Positions 17,640 to 26,903 of a DNA stretch of 43,714 nucleotides are shown piece after piece. The position numbers were made by a program, and so were the translations under genes. Positions within the stretch are counted from its first letter, which is position 1; the number at the start of each line of letters is the position of its first letter. Origin of the DNA: a virus; IMG/VR virus record IMGVR_UViG_3300031920_000119, positions 1 to 43,714 of that record; one strand, written 5' to 3'. The notes under the pieces were generated by a model. The model ran no database searches, was not told where the DNA came from, and saw only the letters and a program-made list of their open reading frames with translations.

Positions 17640-18091
17640 CCGTTTATTTCCGCCCTGACGTTTTCAATTATTGAGACTTGCAAGTCTCGTGCCTTGGTGT
17701 TTATAGCCCGTATCATGCTCGGTCTGGGTGCAATTCGACCCCGTGTACCTTCCGCAAGAAATATTGCGTAGTCTGCTGTTTGTCCGACTGTCATTTCCTG
17801 CCAGTTACGTACCCGAAAATCACCTGATCCCGCGAGACGCCCTGTTCTGTTTGCTGGTGGCTCACCCGGTGCAGACGCCTGGTGACTCGCACCCCTAAAA
17901 CTGTAAACCCTGCCCGTTTTCGGCCCGTTTATGATCAATCTGCGGGTTTCCCGTATGACTTCCGGCCCGTGTTCATAGAGTGCATTTTCAAGGCCCTGAC
18001 GGTGTTTACGTAGGTGTTTCGGTATACTGATTAATACCTCACGTGCCCGTTTGGATACCTTGATAGATATGGTCATGGTAATAGACACCAT
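17636..18091 (-). CDS. HK97 gp10-like tail completion protein (probable start at 18076)
   Basis: The motif GEPPANRTGRLAGSG resembles the HK97 gp10 family. The ATG at 18076 overlaps the stop of the upstream micro-ORF (ATGA). Confidence 0.6.
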   Translation of the reverse strand: MVSITMTISIKVSKRAREVLISIPKHLRKHRQGLENALYEHGPEVIRETRRLIINGPKTGRVYSFRGASHQASAPGEPPANRTGRLAGSGDFRVRNWQEMTVGQTADYAIFLAEGTRGRIAPRPSMIRAINTKARDLQVSIIENVRAEING

Positions 18092-18174
18092 GCTATCAGC
18101 GAGATTACGACCACTGTGCCCGCCGCAAACGCTGCCACAATTAGTGATAAGCCTGTTTTAATTAATGTTGTCAT
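18073..18174 (-). CDS. 33-aa hydrophobic micro-ORF (MTTLIKTGLSLIVAAFAAGTVVVISLIAWCLLP)
   Basis: Not in the track. It has ATGA overlaps at both ends with the flanking genes and a single predicted TM helix. Confidence 0.4.
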   Translation of the reverse strand: MTTLIKTGLSLIVAAFAAGTVVVISLIAWCLLP

Positions 18175-18584
18175 GCCTTACTCGCCTCCTCGGTGTCTTC
18201 TCCGCGTTCGGTTGTTTGTATCGCTATAACGGTGTTACGTTCATTGGTATTGTCTATTTTTAAAACCTTAAACCGTCTCGAGTCATGAAGAATAAAATTG
18301 TTTCTGTTTTCTACGCTCGGCAAATCAGAGTCCCATACGCACCAGAATAAATGTGTAGCGTTTTCCTCAATATTTATCCTTGCAAACTGTGCCACACCCC
18401 GTCGTACACCTCTCACTGTTTCAATAGCACACCACTGTTGCCGAACCGTTGTGAAAGTCTCGACCGGCTGACTACCTTCAAGATCGGATGGAGTAAGCAC
18501 TCTGGACTGTATTTCCACAAGGTGTTTTAAATCACCCATGCAGAGTTTAGTCGCTTTTACGCGCTTTATGTTACAACTACCCAT
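18171..18584 (-). CDS. head closure / head-tail adaptor protein (SPP1 gp16-like)
   Basis: 137 aa, following the connector gene. Sequence pattern (..QWCAIETVRG..FKVLKI..) and position are typical of this family. Confidence 0.6.
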   Translation of the reverse strand: MGSCNIKRVKATKLCMGDLKHLVEIQSRVLTPSDLEGSQPVETFTTVRQQWCAIETVRGVRRGVAQFARINIEENATHLFWCVWDSDLPSVENRNNFILHDSRRFKVLKIDNTNERNTVIAIQTTERGEDTEEASKA

Positions 18585-18587
18585 ACA

Positions 18588-19175
18588 CTACCCCCAGGTG
18601 TTAACGATCCTGTACTCGGACAATATACCTTTAGCTATGCCCGGAAGTTCCTCGCCCGCGGCACAGTCGCCCCGGTGGGAATACCAATAACATATGGCCT
18701 CTTTAATTGCCGTTTTAATCGGTTCCGGCACATCTGTGGCCACACCATACCCCGCTGTAAAATCCACCTGTAACGGGTACGGTATCAAGTCTGGTGACGC
18801 ACCGAACTCATTGAATATAATACGGGAAAAACCGGTCGACTGCTTGACGTCATAATCATCTGTGGATATGGTTTCCTGCGCCCCGTCGACTGTCACCTCA
18901 ATAGTGGCAACGGACAGTAACGGCCCGCGCCTGAGTTCCAGATACAAACCTTTTTCAAATTTAGAACATGCCGGACCTGAGAAAAACCCCGTGAAAGTGC
19001 GCTCGAGGAAAACCCGGTTTGTAATCTTTTCAGCTTTCTGTATTCCGGCAGTAATTAACGCACTGAATATGGCGTCCTCTGCGGTGTGCGTAACCTTGCA
19101 CCACGCTTTTGCCTCGTTAAGTGTCACCAGTTCTCCGGTTGCGGGTACGATTATGTCATAATAATCGCTATTCAT
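18588..19175 (-). CDS. head-tail connector protein (gp6-like)
   Basis: The N-terminal VTLNEAKAWCKVTHTAEDAIFSALI pattern is typical of gp6-like connector proteins. Confidence 0.65.
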   Translation of the reverse strand: MNSDYYDIIVPATGELVTLNEAKAWCKVTHTAEDAIFSALITAGIQKAEKITNRVFLERTFTGFFSGPACSKFEKGLYLELRRGPLLSVATIEVTVDGAQETISTDDYDVKQSTGFSRIIFNEFGASPDLIPYPLQVDFTAGYGVATDVPEPIKTAIKEAICYWYSHRGDCAAGEELPGIAKGILSEYRIVNTWG

Positions 19176-19461
19176 TTTTCAAGGTTTTTTCAATCTCAAT
19201 AACCATTTTTTCATTGGTCAAAATCCGGTCAAGGGGAATTAAATTCTTTTCTGCAAACTCGATCAACTCGTCCTTTTTCATTTTACTGAGTGGTTTCTCA
19301 GATACGGGCGTCTCGGCCACTGGTTCACCCCATTTCGATTCGACCATGGAGTCCCACATTGCGTCGTCGACGTCAATCTCGGTACCCTCTTTAAGATAAA
19401 TCTGTGGTTTACCTGGGTCTGGGTGCGCAAACTTGCCGGACTTTAATACTTGTATTTTCAC
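19168..19461 (-). CDS. hypothetical protein with C-terminal HeH/Rho-N-like motif
   Basis: GTG start with a GAGG SD. Contains MKKDELIEFAEKNLIPL, a helix-extended-helix-like motif. Confidence 0.5.
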   Translation of the reverse strand: MKIQVLKSGKFAHPDPGKPQIYLKEGTEIDVDDAMWDSMVESKWGEPVAETPVSEKPLSKMKKDELIEFAEKNLIPLDRILTNEKMVIEIEKTLKNE

Positions 19462-19560
19462 AATAACCTCGTTGTTTTTTATTGTTTTAAAGTGGCCCTT
19501 TCACTCGTAGTGTAGTTACTCAGGCCACCCCTGGTTTGGGCCTATGGCCCTGATTGTCTT

Positions 19561-19998
19561 TTATGGGATACCCTGGTCCGTTGCTGCAATTTCTGGATTA
19601 ACGATGCAGTACACTGCCGCCCTGGCCGTTCCTGCCCCTGTTTTTTCCACCGCTGCCCTCAAGTACCTTTTAGTACCGAAAACACCCTCTTTCGGGCACG
19701 CGTCACCCTCGTCAATGTCCGCCCCGTCGATAATAACGTCGCCGTCATCACCGTATACGAGGTTGGCGTTTGCAACCAGTGTCATATCGGACCCGTCGGA
19801 CTCGTCACCCTCTGATATCTCAAGGGATACCGCGGCGCCACTGGCAACCGAATCGGCATCCATGAAAAAATATACTCCGTTGTCATAGTCGGCAGTATCG
19901 ATAATGACACCGGACGACGTTACGGCGCCACTTGCCAGGACTTCGGACTCAAGCGCTTTTATAACAATTTGTTTTGTAACTACTTCTTTAATGGCCAT
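19561..19998 (-). CDS. hypothetical acidic protein, possible capsid decoration/accessory protein
   Basis: Directly downstream of the major capsid gene, with SD GGGAGA. The functional guess is from position only. Confidence 0.5.
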   Translation of the reverse strand: MAIKEVVTKQIVIKALESEVLASGAVTSSGVIIDTADYDNGVYFFMDADSVASGAAVSLEISEGDESDGSDMTLVANANLVYGDDGDVIIDGADIDEGDACPKEGVFGTKRYLRAAVEKTGAGTARAAVYCIVNPEIAATDQGIP

Positions 19999-20122
19999 TT
20001 TATATATCTCCCGTTAAGGTTAATTTTTTTTCAACTGACCCATTTGGGCCAGGGGGCCGGGGGCGACCCGGTAAGTATGTCACGGGGGTGGTAGCGATCC
20101 AGTGTCCCCGGTGGCGCGTGGG

Positions 20123-21430
20123 TTAAGACGCGTTTATTTTTAAAATCTTTAATGCTTCAAAATTTGTCACGGCTCCGCCTGAACGTTTTGTACTGTAAAA
20201 TTTAACGTAAGGTTTAGCTGTATAAGGGTCTCTCAATACTCTAACACCAAATCTATCAACGATGGTATAACCCTCTCCAAAATCGCCATATACCACGCTC
20301 AGTGCATTTGCTGCAACCTCTGGCATGTCTGCCATGATGATAACACGCTTTGCCAAAAGGATACGGTCTGTGCCCTCTTTAAGCATAAATGGATTAAGAA
20401 GATAATCCCCGTTAGTGCCCTGTAACTGCATAATGTCACTGAATGTCGCTCTTGACATACCGAAAACCGCTGACATTTGGTAATCATCGATCAACTGATT
20501 TTGCAAATTGATCAAGTCGTTAGGTTCATCAAGCGTGGCCGCTGTCCCAGTCGCCGCAATCTGCTCAACAGCGTCGCGCTGATATGTTCCGGCGGTGGTC
20601 CATGCGTCATAGGATAGGAAACCTTTCCATTTTTTAGCACCATTACCGAGTACCCCGGCAGTATTTTCAAGTCTGGAAAATTTACGAGTAACTTTACCCT
20701 GTAACCAACCTTCGAGGTCGAAACCTGCGTCGTCGAGCATTCTCTGTGTAGCTTTAGGCTGCGCATACAATTCATGCACGGGGATAGTCAGTAAACCAAT
20801 CTGTGGGGAGTCTGTGTCGGATCTGGTCTCTACCTCACCCACCCATCCGGCAGCGGCTTCGTCGTCATCAATAACAAATTCCATACTATTACCGGAAGTC
20901 GTTACCACATTGGCAACAAGACGCAGAGGGGATGTTTCAAATATACGTTTTATAATCTGTGTTGAACGCTCTGGGGTTATAAAAAACCCACCGTCAGGAT
21001 TGGACCCTTCGACCAGGTCTTTGACATATGCAGCGATCTTTATTTCATCTGTATGAAACATGGTCTTTCTTGCCACATCTTCACAATATGTCTGCACAAC
21101 GTCTGTCGGGATCTGAACACCCTTGCGCAAATAAGCGTAAAAAGACGCTTTATGCTCCGGGGCCGTTGCTCCGACGTTCTTATTTTTACCGTTCTCAACG
21201 ACAGCCGCTTCAATGGCGAATACACGTTCCATGAGTTCTTTGGCGTTTATTTCCTGTTTAAGCTCCTGAATGGCAACAAATCCTTTCGATGCCTGGTCGG
21301 CCGTTTTTTTCATAGCGTCAAGGTCGAGACCGTCGTACTGTTTTTCGAGAGACGTAACCTTCTCCTGAACGGCTGTGATACCCCCGACGACTTCGTCTAT
21401 TTTTTCAAGTAATTTATCTTCGGTTGACAT
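20123..21430 (-). CDS. major capsid protein, HK97 fold
   Basis: 435 aa with an N-terminal coiled-coil delta-like region. It follows the prohead protease, and its sequence pattern is typical of HK97-family MCPs. Confidence 0.85.
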   Translation of the reverse strand: MSTEDKLLEKIDEVVGGITAVQEKVTSLEKQYDGLDLDAMKKTADQASKGFVAIQELKQEINAKELMERVFAIEAAVVENGKNKNVGATAPEHKASFYAYLRKGVQIPTDVVQTYCEDVARKTMFHTDEIKIAAYVKDLVEGSNPDGGFFITPERSTQIIKRIFETSPLRLVANVVTTSGNSMEFVIDDDEAAAGWVGEVETRSDTDSPQIGLLTIPVHELYAQPKATQRMLDDAGFDLEGWLQGKVTRKFSRLENTAGVLGNGAKKWKGFLSYDAWTTAGTYQRDAVEQIAATGTAATLDEPNDLINLQNQLIDDYQMSAVFGMSRATFSDIMQLQGTNGDYLLNPFMLKEGTDRILLAKRVIIMADMPEVAANALSVVYGDFGEGYTIVDRFGVRVLRDPYTAKPYVKFYSTKRSGGAVTNFEALKILKINAS

Positions 21431-21432
21431 GT

Positions 21433-22137
21433 TTAAAACTCCTTTAATGAGGTTAATATTGAATCAAGCTTCTTTATACACTCACCGTCGCGGTGGTCGT
21501 CTTGCTCGTCTCGAAGCATTCCGACAGTTTTTAAAGCGTTAATAACTTTCTTAGCATTTTTATTTGAGAAACGCACGCCTTTTTTTAAAGCGTCCTCAAT
21601 CGCACGTATGTCCGTGAGATCGAGTTCAGAAAAATCGGACGCTTTAACATCGAGAATATTTGCAAATGGGTTCATGGGTTCATCAACGACACTGCCTTCC
21701 CACACTTCGGCCTTTGCTATGTGGCGCACACCTTCCGAGATAACCGGTTCCGAAATCATTTCCCATCCGATAGAAAAATCGGTCAATACTTTTTGTCTGG
21801 CCAGAGAAAACGCCTCTTTGCCCTGCTGCACTTCGAGATTTATCTCACCGATACCAAATAGCCCGGTACTGTCCTCTCGCACTGTGTCAATAGGAAACCC
21901 ACCGATAGTGCGCCCGTGCATATCCTTTAAACGGATCTGTCTGTCTGTTTTCTTGTGGCGCTCTATACTCTCGGCAAATGCACCCGGGAGAAACTTGTCT
22001 TTAATACCGGACCAGTCGCCCCTATCAACGTCATATGTGGCAATATAACCGGATACGGTACCAACTGGTACGCCATTCCGTTGTATCGTTTTGGTGTCGG
22101 TTATCGGTCCACCGGTCATTTGTTTTATTATTATCAT
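21433..22137 (-). CDS. prohead protease, HK97 family (S78/U35)
   Basis: GYIATYDVDRGD...FLPGAFAESI...HG..IGG...EINLEVQQGKEAFSLARQKVLTDFSIGW matches the HK97 protease pattern. Confidence 0.8.
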   Translation of the reverse strand: MIIIKQMTGGPITDTKTIQRNGVPVGTVSGYIATYDVDRGDWSGIKDKFLPGAFAESIERHKKTDRQIRLKDMHGRTIGGFPIDTVREDSTGLFGIGEINLEVQQGKEAFSLARQKVLTDFSIGWEMISEPVISEGVRHIAKAEVWEGSVVDEPMNPFANILDVKASDFSELDLTDIRAIEDALKKGVRFSNKNAKKVINALKTVGMLRDEQDDHRDGECIKKLDSILTSLKEF

Positions 22138-22145
22138 AATACCCC

Positions 22146-22493
22146 CTATGTCGGGCTTGTCGTTGTTGTATTAGGTGAGTCTCGCAAACCATATCGGACC
22201 GTTTTGAAACTATCATCCACACTGGCGTTATAATTGGCATGTAAAGTGAAAAATCTATCCGACAGACTCGAAATTCTGTTATTCCCACCGGGTATCTTTA
22301 TCTCACCGGCTGGTAAATCAGGTGTGACAACTCCCGTCCAGGCAATCAAGGTGTTTTTACCGTCCGTCAATTTATACTCAAGCAAATCGACGGACGTAAT
22401 GGGGTCGCCGTTCTCGTCTGTCAGATTATACGTTATGACAGTGAGGTTACCTTCCTCGACACATGCCTCTATTTCAAATGATCCACAGTCCAT
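22146..22493 (-). CDS. hypothetical protein (115 aa)
   Basis: ORF in the late operon between the accessory island and the protease. Confidence 0.55.
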   Translation of the reverse strand: MDCGSFEIEACVEEGNLTVITYNLTDENGDPITSVDLLEYKLTDGKNTLIAWTGVVTPDLPAGEIKIPGGNNRISSLSDRFFTLHANYNASVDDSFKTVRYGLRDSPNTTTTSPT

Positions 22494-22503
22494 AAAATCA
22501 CCT

Positions 22504-22869
22504 TTATGTCGGGTCTAATACTTCATGATCCCACGTAGAAAATGTAACAGTTCCGGCGGCAGTTAGTAACTGACTCGTGCATGTCGTGACATCTTTTATT
22601 ACGGCGGCTAAAGATAAAATGATATGGAGTGCTGTTCCTGTTCCGGTAATAGTGACGCCCGTCTTTTCAGCCATAGCGACCTTACGCCCGGACGCGTCAC
22701 CGTCACCGATAGTATAGTCGTTCCCGTCACCGGCAACCATGGCCACATTGGCAAGGGTTCCCGATAGATCCGTCGGTGTCGATACGTCGTCCACAACATC
22801 CATGCGCGTTGAGGTCGCTATCCCCGTTAATAGTAAATCGATTATTGCATCAGGTACAAATTTACTCAT
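22504..22869 (-). CDS. hypothetical protein (121 aa)
   Basis: ORF with overlapping coupling to the upstream gene. Confidence 0.55.
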   Translation of the reverse strand: MSKFVPDAIIDLLLTGIATSTRMDVVDDVSTPTDLSGTLANVAMVAGDGNDYTIGDGDASGRKVAMAEKTGVTITGTGTALHIILSLAAVIKDVTTCTSQLLTAAGTVTFSTWDHEVLDPT

Positions 22870-23053
22870 TTTTTACCCCCGGTATTTTTGCTGGTATAAC
22901 CATAGTTATTTTAACGTCACCGTTTGGTAACTTTTCTTGTTTATAAGAATCCCCGGCCGCTTCTCTTAACCGCTGACCAAATGACTTTATTTTCAGATCG
23001 TCAGTGTCTATTTTCTGCGTGACGTTCTGTACGTCAAGAACTACGTCTTTCAT
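22862..23053 (-). CDS. hypothetical protein (63 aa)
   Basis: Short ORF overlapping both neighbours. Confidence 0.45.
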   Translation of the reverse strand: MKDVVLDVQNVTQKIDTDDLKIKSFGQRLREAAGDSYKQEKLPNGDVKITMVIPAKIPGVKNE

Positions 23054-23346
23054 ATTTTTATCGTTCCCACATCTTCGGGGGTGATGGTGACTTTTTCATC
23101 GACATTAATCGTGACCTCATCGACATTGATAGCGGCTTCCGGCGTCCTGGATAACCTGTTCAACCGCCCGCCCTTCGGATCTGTCAGCAAGTTATCTGAC
23201 ACCATAAAGTCGAGGGTGTCGCCATCGACCCCGTCAGGATGAATAATAAATAAAACCCCGCGGTCAAAAGTCTGTTGAACGGATACTTTGAATTCAGTGA
23301 CGCCTTTTGTCTTGAGTAATTGTTCGAGTGTTATGAGTTTTGGCAT
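23050..23346 (-). CDS. hypothetical protein (98 aa)
   Basis: ORF with an SD-like aaGGAGatatcATG. Confidence 0.55.
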   Translation of the reverse strand: MPKLITLEQLLKTKGVTEFKVSVQQTFDRGVLFIIHPDGVDGDTLDFMVSDNLLTDPKGGRLNRLSRTPEAAINVDEVTINVDEKVTITPEDVGTIKI

Positions 23347-23355
23347 GATATCTCC

Positions 23356-24825
23356 TTATTGTATATCTAAGTCAATACCGGGTGTCTTGATCGTCATATC
23401 AATACCCGGTGTTTTAATTGTTAAAGTTATAATTAATTTATCACCGACCATTTTAAAGACAATATTATCAATCACCTGGCCCTGGTCTAATTGATCTATG
23501 CCAAGAAAATTGCTTTGTGTCAAGTCTAAATTATCACTTGATTGATTTTGTATAATCTCAGCTATGCCAAGGATTACACCTATATCAAGGGTAATCTGTT
23601 CTGTTTGCTGGCTTTGCTCCACGCTATCGATACTCAGATCATATTGCGGAATCAGGTTTATAATATCTATATTCTGACCCTGTACGGATTTGGCTATCTG
23701 CAAAATAGTATCCGTTGAAAGAGTTATATTATCAACAGACTGAGGCTGAGAAATATCATTTATGACAACGATATGGGCCTGTGTAAGATCTATATTATCG
23801 CTTGATTGCGGCTGGTCGCTATCTTGGATTAGTAATGTTCCGCCGACTTGCAAATCGATATTATCTATATTCTGGGATTGAGGGGAATCGTTTATAATAA
23901 CAGTACTGGATTGAATCAAATCAAGATTATCCAATACTTGAGGCTGATCAATGCTATTTATGATAATAACATTTGCTTGAATCAAGTTCGGACTTTCAGA
24001 CGATTGCGCCTGATTTATCGGATTAATACCTAAAACGTGCTGCTGAATTAAATCAAGGCTATCAATCGTCTGCCCTTGGTTCAACTTATTAGGCAATAAA
24101 GTTGAACCTGTTGATATTACCACTGACGGTATAAATAAAGGCTCAAATATCTGGTACGGATTTGCATTTAATGATACTATTTCTACTGGCGTAAGTTCTC
24201 TATCCCAAAAATAAACATAACTTAACTTACCTTCAAAACCACGACTATAACTCCCAGGTTCACGAGAGCCTATTGTATAAACATTATCAATTACGCCAGA
24301 ATAGTTATTTGTATCAACTTCAACTGCTTCATCATTCCCATCGACATAAACTTTTAAACTCTCACGCAAGCCTACGACATTGTGCTGTATCCAAGGGGCA
24401 AATACAGTAGTCGTCATTCTACCTGCACTACCAGATTCAGTTGGAATAATAGCAATATGACCATCATATCGATCAGCTAATAAACATTGAGCAGAGGCTG
24501 ACCCAACCTTGGCATTGGCGATACCTAAACTGCCGGAGACACCACCCAATTGAAGACCTGCTGCAACGCATTGAGGTAACGCTGTAGGAGGACTTGTGGA
24601 CTGAACCCCATTTCTTGGGTCACTTGAAAAATCAAGACCATATGCTTCCCATGTTGGTGGATAAGTACTGTGGAATACTCCATTGGCAATATCACAACAA
24701 GAATAAACAGTACTGCCACCACCTTCATTAAACACCCAAGCAGCAAGCAACCCTTGAGCTAAAGGATGTGTCCTATTGAGTTTAAACCCATACGGTGGCT
24801 TGTTTGTATGTGGTAAATATATCAC
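23356..24825 (-). CDS. LamG/concanavalin-A-like lectin domain protein with 10 tandem 22-residue repeats
   Basis: The N-terminal half contains LLAAWVFNEGGGSTVYS...GKLSYVYFWDRELTPVEIVSL (LamG_3-type pattern). In aa 246-465 a QxQ motif recurs every 22 residues (positions 250, 272, ... 448). The C-terminus has an IKTPGIDMT/IKTPGIDLD duplication. Confidence 0.7.
   Translation of the reverse strand: MIYLPHTNKPPYGFKLNRTHPLAQGLLAAWVFNEGGGSTVYSCCDIANGVFHSTYPPTWEAYGLDFSSDPRNGVQSTSPPTALPQCVAAGLQLGGVSGSLGIANAKVGSASAQCLLADRYDGHIAIIPTESGSAGRMTTTVFAPWIQHNVVGLRESLKVYVDGNDEAVEVDTNNYSGVIDNVYTIGSREPGSYSRGFEGKLSYVYFWDRELTPVEIVSLNANPYQIFEPLFIPSVVISTGSTLLPNKLNQGQTIDSLDLIQQHVLGINPINQAQSSESPNLIQANVIIINSIDQPQVLDNLDLIQSSTVIINDSPQSQNIDNIDLQVGGTLLIQDSDQPQSSDNIDLTQAHIVVINDISQPQSVDNITLSTDTILQIAKSVQGQNIDIINLIPQYDLSIDSVEQSQQTEQITLDIGVILGIAEIIQNQSSDNLDLTQSNFLGIDQLDQGQVIDNIVFKMVGDKLIITLTIKTPGIDMTIKTPGIDLDIQ
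23431..24090 (-). repeat. 10 x 66-bp degenerate tandem coding repeats (22-aa unit, xxxQxQxxDNxDLxQxxxxxIx)
   Basis: Exact 22-residue periodicity of the QxQ..DN.DL motif counted in the translation. Confidence 0.75.
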
Positions 24826-25244
24826 GCTGTTGTGACTCCGTATGTTTCAATCTCAAGTGTAGTTGTTCCAGTTGTTTGACCTGATTTATTCTGCACAACT
24901 ATATCAAAGCTCACAGCTGGTATTTTAATATCCCTAACAATTACATTCTGTGCTACGTTTACAGCCTCTATTGGGATAATTGCATCAGGCATTCTTGCAG
25001 GAACAGTATTATATGTCTCCTGCGTACCGTCAATATTATCTAAAATCCAAATATAAAATGCGGGATTATCCTCAGCAGACCAATCAATAATGGCAAGCTT
25101 AAGCATTAATGCTGCAAATAGATCTTTATCAGATGAATTATCTATTTCGGCTGATGATTGTACCACAGCATCATTAGCTAAAGATCCAACACCAATTGTT
25201 ACAGTCTGTGACGTTTTCCTCGCTGTCCAAGTTGTCTCACCCAT
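24822..25244 (-). CDS. hypothetical protein (140 aa)
   Basis: ORF coupled (ATGA) to the LamG gene. Low GC. Confidence 0.55.
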   Translation of the reverse strand: MGETTWTARKTSQTVTIGVGSLANDAVVQSSAEIDNSSDKDLFAALMLKLAIIDWSAEDNPAFYIWILDNIDGTQETYNTVPARMPDAIIPIEAVNVAQNVIVRDIKIPAVSFDIVVQNKSGQTTGTTTLEIETYGVTTA

Positions 25245-25253
25245 ATTAACCTC

Positions 25254-25544
25254 CTATAAACTCACACCAGCATAAGCATTAAACAAAGAACCCATGACAA
25301 AAGCTAAATCACTTGTATAATCTGTGCCTGCAATTAGGTGTGCTTTGATTGTTGAGTTAGTTGCAAAGCCACGATAGACTTGTTCTTTATTAGCTGAACC
25401 ATCAAGGATTGTCTTTGCATAAGCAATACGCTCAGTATGATTAACTGTATTTGCCGCTTCTGCCATTACAGCTATTGCAGCAGCTACCATTTCTTGTTCA
25501 ATCTTGCCTTTAAACTCTTTATTAAATTTCCAGTAATCAGCCAT
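25254..25544 (-). CDS. hypothetical protein (96 aa)
   Basis: ORF in the low-GC island with SD-like aGGAGataaatATG. Confidence 0.55.
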   Translation of the reverse strand: MADYWKFNKEFKGKIEQEMVAAAIAVMAEAANTVNHTERIAYAKTILDGSANKEQVYRGFATNSTIKAHLIAGTDYTSDLAFVMGSLFNAYAGVSL

Positions 25545-25574
25545 ATTTATCTCCTATTTTATATTAAAGTGTAA

Positions 25575-25976
25575 TCAGTTATTTGTAATTGTAATAGTCG
25601 TGGTTGCAGGAACAACAATCTTTATTGGAAAGTTATTCTCTGGCTGAATGTTCTCAGCAATAGTCATATCGGCTACATTGCTATCCCCACTTTCACCAGA
25701 TGTATTATAAGCTCTTACTATAAAATACCATGTGCCAGGATTGAGTTTAAAATGATCTGCAAGCGCACCATCTTGATCAGGAGTACCAACCTCAAGGACA
25801 TTGCCTACATCCTCAGTAAAAGGGTATACACTTGGAACATTTCCCCAATATACTTGGTATCCATCTACATCGCCTGTGCTTGCATCCCATCTTAATACAT
25901 CTGCACTCACTGAGCAAACCCCGATTAAAAGAACGATCCCGATAATAAGTAATAGACTCGCTTTACGACTTCGCAT
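25575..25976 (-). CDS. secreted or membrane-anchored FN3/Ig-like domain protein
   Basis: The N-terminus MRSRKASLLLIIGIVLLIGVCSVSA looks like a signal peptide or anchor. The motif LRWDASTGDVDGYQVYWG resembles fibronectin type III. Confidence 0.6.
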   Translation of the reverse strand: MRSRKASLLLIIGIVLLIGVCSVSADVLRWDASTGDVDGYQVYWGNVPSVYPFTEDVGNVLEVGTPDQDGALADHFKLNPGTWYFIVRAYNTSGESGDSNVADMTIAENIQPENNFPIKIVVPATTTITITNN

Positions 25977-25990
25977 ATTTTACCCCCCCG

Positions 25991-26776
25991 TTAGTTAAAA
26001 GTATAAAAACTTGCACAACGGCAATTAATAGTGTTTTCCACCGTTGCACCTCTTGAATTATCACTCGGATACATCATTTGCTGTCCGTTTACAATAAACG
26101 GTTTATTAATATCTACAGAGGGTACACGCGAAGCTCTGTGCCCTGATCGCACGTTCTTATCCCCGACGTCTGCCCATTCCTTGCGTGACGTGGTCGATGG
26201 CGTTCTTTCACGTGTGACCGCTGCCATGGGTGGCAATCCTGCAATCGAGTACGCTTCAATAAACTTTGTGGACTCCGCTGCGGCCTGTGTCTCTGTCATA
26301 ATTATCGATGACTCACGACCCTTGAATTTACGGCCTAAAATGGTCGCAGAAACGACGGCAAGCTCCCGATTGGTATAATCGGTCGTACCTTCGTCCGAAA
26401 ACGCCTGTCTCGCCTGTAGTATCGCGTCATCCATGTTATTTTGAGTCGTGTTAACTATACGTTCGGCGGAGTCAGGCGCATTTTTATCCGCCCAGGCTAT
26501 CAAAGCGGCGAGGACAGTGTCGTCCACGTTGTCCTGTTTAATATTATTCTTAACGACACCAGTGAAACCGTTTTGTACGCGCCTGTAATGGTTCCGTATC
26601 AACACTGTCCACTGCGGCATGTATCTTGCTGCACGTATTCTGTTACCTGTTGCCACACCAATACGGAACTCAATACTGATACGGTTAAATAGCCGACGCA
26701 CTTCGGGCCTGAAACGCTTCTCATATATAATCTTGAGTTTTGTCTGCTCGTTAAGGTTCATTTGTGCCCCCGGCAA
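25991..26776 (-). CDS. head morphogenesis protein, Mu F / SPP1 gp7 family (probable start ATG 26761)
   Basis: C-terminal DKNVRSGHRA...NCRCASFYTF matches the Phage_Mu_F signature. Confidence 0.8.
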   Translation of the reverse strand: MPGAQMNLNEQTKLKIIYEKRFRPEVRRLFNRISIEFRIGVATGNRIRAARYMPQWTVLIRNHYRRVQNGFTGVVKNNIKQDNVDDTVLAALIAWADKNAPDSAERIVNTTQNNMDDAILQARQAFSDEGTTDYTNRELAVVSATILGRKFKGRESSIIMTETQAAAESTKFIEAYSIAGLPPMAAVTRERTPSTTSRKEWADVGDKNVRSGHRASRVPSVDINKPFIVNGQQMMYPSDNSRGATVENTINCRCASFYTFN

Positions 26777-26889
26777 TACCCCCCATTGTGTCGGGTCATC
26801 TTGTTACAACTCGGCACAAGGCATCTTCTTAATGGTTTGGGCTTTTTCTTACACTTAAACCTCGGTATAAATCGTGAGTCGCACCTCAT
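26758..26889 (-). CDS. 43-aa basic Cys/His-rich micro-ORF (MRCDSRFIPRFKCKKKPKPLRRCLVPSCNKMTRHNGGYCRGHK)
   Basis: Not in the track. It fills the portal to Mu-F gap, and its stop overlaps the ATG at 26761 (ATGA). The CxxxxC...GYCxxH pattern looks zinc-binding. The SD is weak. Confidence 0.35.
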   Translation of the reverse strand: MRCDSRFIPRFKCKKKPKPLRRCLVPSCNKMTRHNGGYCRGHK

Positions 26890-26903
26890 ACGGCCGTTGT
26901 CCA

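Noticed and set aside
19999-20122. GC-rich hairpins in the gaps after the capsid gene (19999-20122) and after 19561..19998 (19462-19560) as intrinsic terminators.
   Set aside because: Stems exist (ccggg/cccgg, gtggcc/ggccac), but none is followed by a U-tract on the transcribed minus strand. They may be RNA processing or stability elements, and the evidence is too weak to call.
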